Part shown: positions 57,735-60,902 of the stretch, piece by piece
How the letters are laid out: each line of letters opens with the position of its first letter
Numbering within the stretch: position 1 is the first letter of the stretch
Origin: Lachnospiraceae bacterium
Lineage (GTDB): Bacteria; Bacillota; Clostridia; Lachnospirales; Lachnospiraceae
Direction of reading: 5' to 3'
Assembly (NCBI GenBank): GCA_041855735.1
Contig: JBHAEV010000154.1
Span: forward strand, 1 to 60,902
Length of the DNA stretch: 60,902 nucleotides
Made by a program: the position numbers and the translations under genes
Notes under the pieces: generated by a model
Seen by the model: only the letters and a program-made list of their open reading frames with translations
What the model was told of the DNA's origin: nothing
Databases searched by the model: none

Positions 57735-57811
57735 TAATTTCTAAAGTTCATTTTTCTCTATATGAATAATTGTATCTATCAACAATGCCCAGATCAAGAT
57801 TATTCCTAATC

Positions 57812-57842
57812 CGGTCAATACCAAATTCCGTGGTATTGACCG
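57812..57842 (-). terminator. perfect 11-bp hairpin between the GTPase-like gene and the ORF6N gene
   Basis: CGGTCAATACC-N9-GGTATTGACCG, 43 nt after the stop at 57885. There is no clear T-tract. Confidence 0.4.
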
Positions 57843-57884
57843 ATTCATATGGTTACAAAGTCCGGGTTGTACGCAAGATTGAGA

Positions 57885-60020
57885 CTATATGATAATAAAT
57901 GATTTGTTAACCATATCCGTCATTAACTGATTTAATTCAGCAACGAGGATTCTTGCAAAATTCGTACTTCCAAAAAACAAGCAAAAATATTCTTGCAACT
58001 TTCTCATAGCGCCATCATAGCCAGGAGTGCCATTATAAATATTTATAAGTTCCCGCCTCAATTCCGGATTACCAAATGACAGGTTATAAGCAACCCTATC
58101 CATCAGCGAAGCAAATCTTGAAACATCATTGAAGAACTCTTTATAGAATTCATATAGTCGCTGCAACGCAATATTCCTTTCTCCCAAAGCCGGATTAAGC
58201 CCAACCATAATCCCATTGCTTCCAAGAAGAGCTTTTGCTAACTCTGTAAGTCCATCATCGTTAAGGTTGTTTGCTGTGAACTTCACTGCACTCTTTTCAT
58301 CAAACTTGGTAAATGAATCAAAGGTATTGGATAATATTCTCTTGAGAAGCCCTTTCATATTTATAGAAAAGTTTCCAAACTCCGATGCTCTTGTTGTATG
58401 TCCTAATCCAATAGCAAGATTATTCCAATAACAAGCTACACTTCTGCCATGTATTCTAGGTGTTCTATCACTGATGACATAACCGTTTACTATGTTTTTA
58501 TCCTTAGAAAGGATATGCTTCATGGCATCAATTTCAGGTTTCATCATATCGGGATCAATTTCAACCTGTATAGCCGGTTTATCCGGATCAATAGCGGTAA
58601 CAAAAATCGGACTTTTTACTCCAGCCGGCAAACTACTGCTTAAAGTTTTCATTGAATAATCAACTATTTTCTCGAACAAACCTTCCGGTTCAAAATTCCG
58701 CTTTCTATTGTCGCCTGCCAACGCTTTTAAAACATAGCTGTCCTTCAGGTATCTCATTGAAATCCAATCCACTTCTTCTTTTGGAAGATCTTCAGCATAC
58801 AATTCTACCATCTTTTCGATCTCTGTTAACACACTTTGTATGTTCTTTGAGTAGCTGTCTTCATCAATGTACAATTTCCCTGCATTATGCTTATTGATAA
58901 GGTTCTCTACCATCCTATCCGCCTTTGAAAAAAGAACATACACAGGAATATTTAAATTTCTTTTATTCAGTTCATCCTTCTTTTCTGCAAGTGCTTTACA
59001 ACAGTCTTTTAATATATCGTCTCGCTCATCAAGACTCATTAAAAATAGAATCGTGTCTGCTTTACAATTTAGCGCTGCTTCCAATGAGTCTTTTGTTGTT
59101 TCTGCATCCGTTCCTTTCTGAGTAAGTCCCATTGTATCTCTAATACAAAACCTGAAAGGAAGCTCCGGCGAGTTAGTTTTTGCAATTTCAATTAGTTCTT
59201 GACGAGGTCTACACGATATTGAAATATGCTCAATTACCAAACTATAAGGTGCAAGTGGATCAAATATAGTCTTTAAAACATGACCGCCATCGCCACTATC
59301 ACCTAGATCATATTTCAGTATTTTCTGTCCAAGTATTTCATCCCCAAGCTTATCTACTAAATCTTTCTCTACGATCTCTCCGATCTTATTTAGCCATTTA
59401 ACATAATCGGATTTAATATCATCCGGCGTTTCCTCAAACATCTCCTCCAAAATCAACTCTCTTATCTCCTGAAGCTTCACCTTCTTACTCTTGAGGGTAA
59501 TTTTTCGTTCCTTTACTTTATCCTCAAATCCATGATTCAAAATATAGTTAAGAACAGGATCCAGTGCATTCAAAAGATCATTTAAGGAAATCGCACATTT
59601 TATGTTTTTAAGATGATAATGTGCCTCTTCTGGTTCAAGAATTTGCTCAAATACTTTATTATCAAATGCAGCGAGTATCTCTTTTGCATCACAATCATAC
59701 TTTCCAATTAAATCCGTTAGGACGGAAAGAATCGCTATGTGGATGTCTTTACCTGAATAATCCTTCTTGAAAATCTGGATTGCAAAAGCTCCGGCATTTT
59801 CAATCCTCTCATCAAAGCAAAATTCACATGGTATAATTGTAGTTTGGCTCTTATCTCCAATTCCAATTTGCATAAACGGAATGAGTCTGTGATTTAATAA
59901 TAGATAAATTAGCGTACTTTTTCCCGAGCCTGATGGTGCAACAACCACAAGTTGTGGTGCTGAACTCTTTCTCATAAGAGCAGATTCTGCTGTAATACCA
60001 TTGTTTTGTTTTATTTTCAT
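57885..60020 (-). CDS. orphan 711-aa P-loop GTPase-like protein (dynamin/TRAFAC-like motifs, function unknown)
   Basis: Strong SD AAAGGAGA. G1 is APSGSGKST (aa 28-36). A switch-I-like DKSQTTIIP lies around aa 56-64. G3 is DTMG (aa 295-298). G4 is SKAD (aa 365-368). The gene is AT-rich. Confidence 0.75.
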   Translation of the reverse strand: MKIKQNNGITAESALMRKSSAPQLVVVAPSGSGKSTLIYLLLNHRLIPFMQIGIGDKSQTTIIPCEFCFDERIENAGAFAIQIFKKDYSGKDIHIAILSVLTDLIGKYDCDAKEILAAFDNKVFEQILEPEEAHYHLKNIKCAISLNDLLNALDPVLNYILNHGFEDKVKERKITLKSKKVKLQEIRELILEEMFEETPDDIKSDYVKWLNKIGEIVEKDLVDKLGDEILGQKILKYDLGDSGDGGHVLKTIFDPLAPYSLVIEHISISCRPRQELIEIAKTNSPELPFRFCIRDTMGLTQKGTDAETTKDSLEAALNCKADTILFLMSLDERDDILKDCCKALAEKKDELNKRNLNIPVYVLFSKADRMVENLINKHNAGKLYIDEDSYSKNIQSVLTEIEKMVELYAEDLPKEEVDWISMRYLKDSYVLKALAGDNRKRNFEPEGLFEKIVDYSMKTLSSSLPAGVKSPIFVTAIDPDKPAIQVEIDPDMMKPEIDAMKHILSKDKNIVNGYVISDRTPRIHGRSVACYWNNLAIGLGHTTRASEFGNFSINMKGLLKRILSNTFDSFTKFDEKSAVKFTANNLNDDGLTELAKALLGSNGIMVGLNPALGERNIALQRLYEFYKEFFNDVSRFASLMDRVAYNLSFGNPELRRELINIYNGTPGYDGAMRKLQEYFCLFFGSTNFARILVAELNQLMTDMVNKSFIII

Positions 60021-60037
60021 TTTCTATCTCCTTTTCG

Positions 60038-60073
60038 ATATTTTTTCTTCTATTTCTATATTTTTTCTTCTAT
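60038..60073. repeat. direct repeat ATATTTTTTCTTCTAT x2 (20-nt period) immediately upstream of the GTPase-like gene SD
   Basis: Exact 16-mers at 60038-60053 and 60058-60073. Confidence 0.85.
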
Positions 60074-60103
60074 AATTTACAAGCTTTCATAATTGTTCAG
60101 ACA

Positions 60104-60183
60104 TAAAAATACCCCCTTGTTAAATGATTTTCAGCAAACCAATCCAACAAGAGGGTACAAAAAAACTGTGCTTTCATGCACAG
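60104..60183 (-). terminator. two tandem minus-strand rho-independent terminators
   Basis: Terminator 1 is CTGTGC-ATGAAA-GCACAG followed by TTTTTTTG (60159-60183). Terminator 2 is CCCTCTTGTT-N24-AACAAGGGGG followed by TATTTTTAT (60104-60155). Confidence 0.7.
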
Positions 60184-60310
60184 CAACATTCGTATCTCAC
60201 GTCCGTCGCTCACATATTTTAACGGAATTCGTTAAAATAATATAAGGATCTGACTTTCAACTCATCGCCCCGATGGAACGCATCTCGTTGGTCAGTTTTC
60301 TGTATTCTTC
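60159..60310 (-). ncRNA. candidate ~150-nt structured small RNA (unassigned family)
   Basis: It is bounded by the promoter at 60317-60345 and the terminators at 60104-60183. It contains the hairpins CTGACCAAC...GTTGAAAGTCAG and TATTTTAACG-N5-CGTTAAAATA (60215-60239). I see no ORF with a credible SD. Confidence 0.25.
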
Positions 60311-60316
60311 TGTTAT

Positions 60317-60345
60317 ACGATATCAAAGATTCATCCTTATGTCAA
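60317..60345 (-). promoter_or_regulatory. candidate sigmaA promoter TTGACA-17-TATCGT with A/T-rich UP-like tract
   Basis: On the minus strand the -35 is at 60340-60345 and the -10 at 60317-60322. It is preceded by AAAATAAAAAATAAAAAAAGAAAA. Confidence 0.4.
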
Positions 60346-60642
60346 TATCATTTTCTTTTTTTATTTTTTATTTTATACCACCTATACCTAGGGTTTAACA
60401 CTATATTGTTTCATAGTTGATTTCATATTGGTTTATCGAAAGGGGCATCAAATTATCCTAATACGACAGCCCCTTTCACTTGTCAAACTAATCACTGTGT
60501 GAACCCGTATGGGAGAGCTTTTCTTTGCGAATGAAGTGCCACGACATCATCCGAAAGGGAGGTTTTCAAACCCTCGCTTCATTTCCGGTTTGTAATCCTT
60601 TTTGAACTGCGAGGTGACTATTACAAGATAACATATAGTGTG

Positions 60643-60902
60643 CTACAACTTTAGTTCTACAATCCCTTTTTGCTTTTCGCTTTCCTTTAAATCAATCAAT
60701 CGCTGATTGGAGCTTCCTCTGAACTTCAGACCGATATCATACAATTCTCCGATAAACTCTCCGTCCACCAAAACATCGATGTAGGAAAGCATTTCCCTTG
60801 TCACCTCACAGTTGGCTCTCGCACCGGTTTGAAAATCCGCCGGATAGGTATAACCCGTGTAACACCAAATGTTTTTCTGCGGACAGGCTGCCTTCACCTT
60901 TC
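60643..60902 (-). CDS. nrdG: anaerobic ribonucleoside-triphosphate reductase activating protein, C-terminal part (5' end outside the window)
   Basis: ...NIWCYTGYTY...YIDVLVDGEFI...LKFRGSSNQRLIDL is the conserved NrdG C-terminus. The ORF runs off the window edge. Confidence 0.8.
   Translation of the reverse strand, partial: KVKAACPQKNIWCYTGYTYPADFQTGARANCEVTREMLSYIDVLVDGEFIGELYDIGLKFRGSSNQRLIDLKESEKQKGIVELKL

Overview
This 60.9-kb chromosomal segment looks like a monoderm Clostridia (Lachnospiraceae-like) genome. That placement is an inference from the EF-Tu/EF-G sequences, the strong GGAGG-type Shine-Dalgarno sites and the gene content. About 90% of the genes are on the minus strand. From left to right the window contains: (1) The edge of a decayed mobile element: a zinc-ribbon ORF, an AlbA_2/Schlafen-like protein and an internally deleted TnpV remnant. 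(2) proC and small DUF/VOC genes. (3) The str operon rpsL-rpsG-fusA-tuf. (4) A CDF transporter, an aldose epimerase and a NUDIX hydrolase. (5) A response regulator / histidine kinase / two tandem TolC-like genes in one minus-strand cluster. (6) A run of small ATGA-coupled DUF1905/DUF1801/VOC genes and an aldo-keto-reductase fragment. (7) A glucarate/galactarate catabolic locus: TctCBA transporter, two GudD paralogs, a LysR regulator, an AEC permease, GarD, a DapA-family enzyme and GarR. (8) A translationally coupled operon encoding a small alarmone synthetase, a response regulator, a histidine kinase and a PrpR-like regulator with a degenerate AAA+ core. (9) A DUF4143 AAA ATPase. (10) A large cell-wall glycan locus: DUF2304, five glycosyltransferases, two flippases, an ATP-grasp enzyme and a DegT aminotransferase, followed by leuA, glmM, rfbD, rfbB and a DsbA-like gene. 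After these come trpS, luxS and rfbA on the plus strand. (11) An AT-rich island with an ORF6N/KilA-N-type protein, an orphan 711-aa GTPase-like protein and about 620 bp of hairpin-rich non-coding DNA, followed by the 3' end of nrdG. I saw no rRNA, tRNA or CRISPR array. The best candidates for something undescribed are three: the AT-rich GTPase/ORF6N island with its upstream candidate ncRNA; the SAS/two-component/pseudo-enhancer-binding-protein operon beside the sugar-acid locus; and the two-component system plus tandem TolC-like module in a single-membrane organism. Two related intercistronic tandem-repeat arrays are also worth attention. All family assignments come from by-eye motif recognition, not from database searches.
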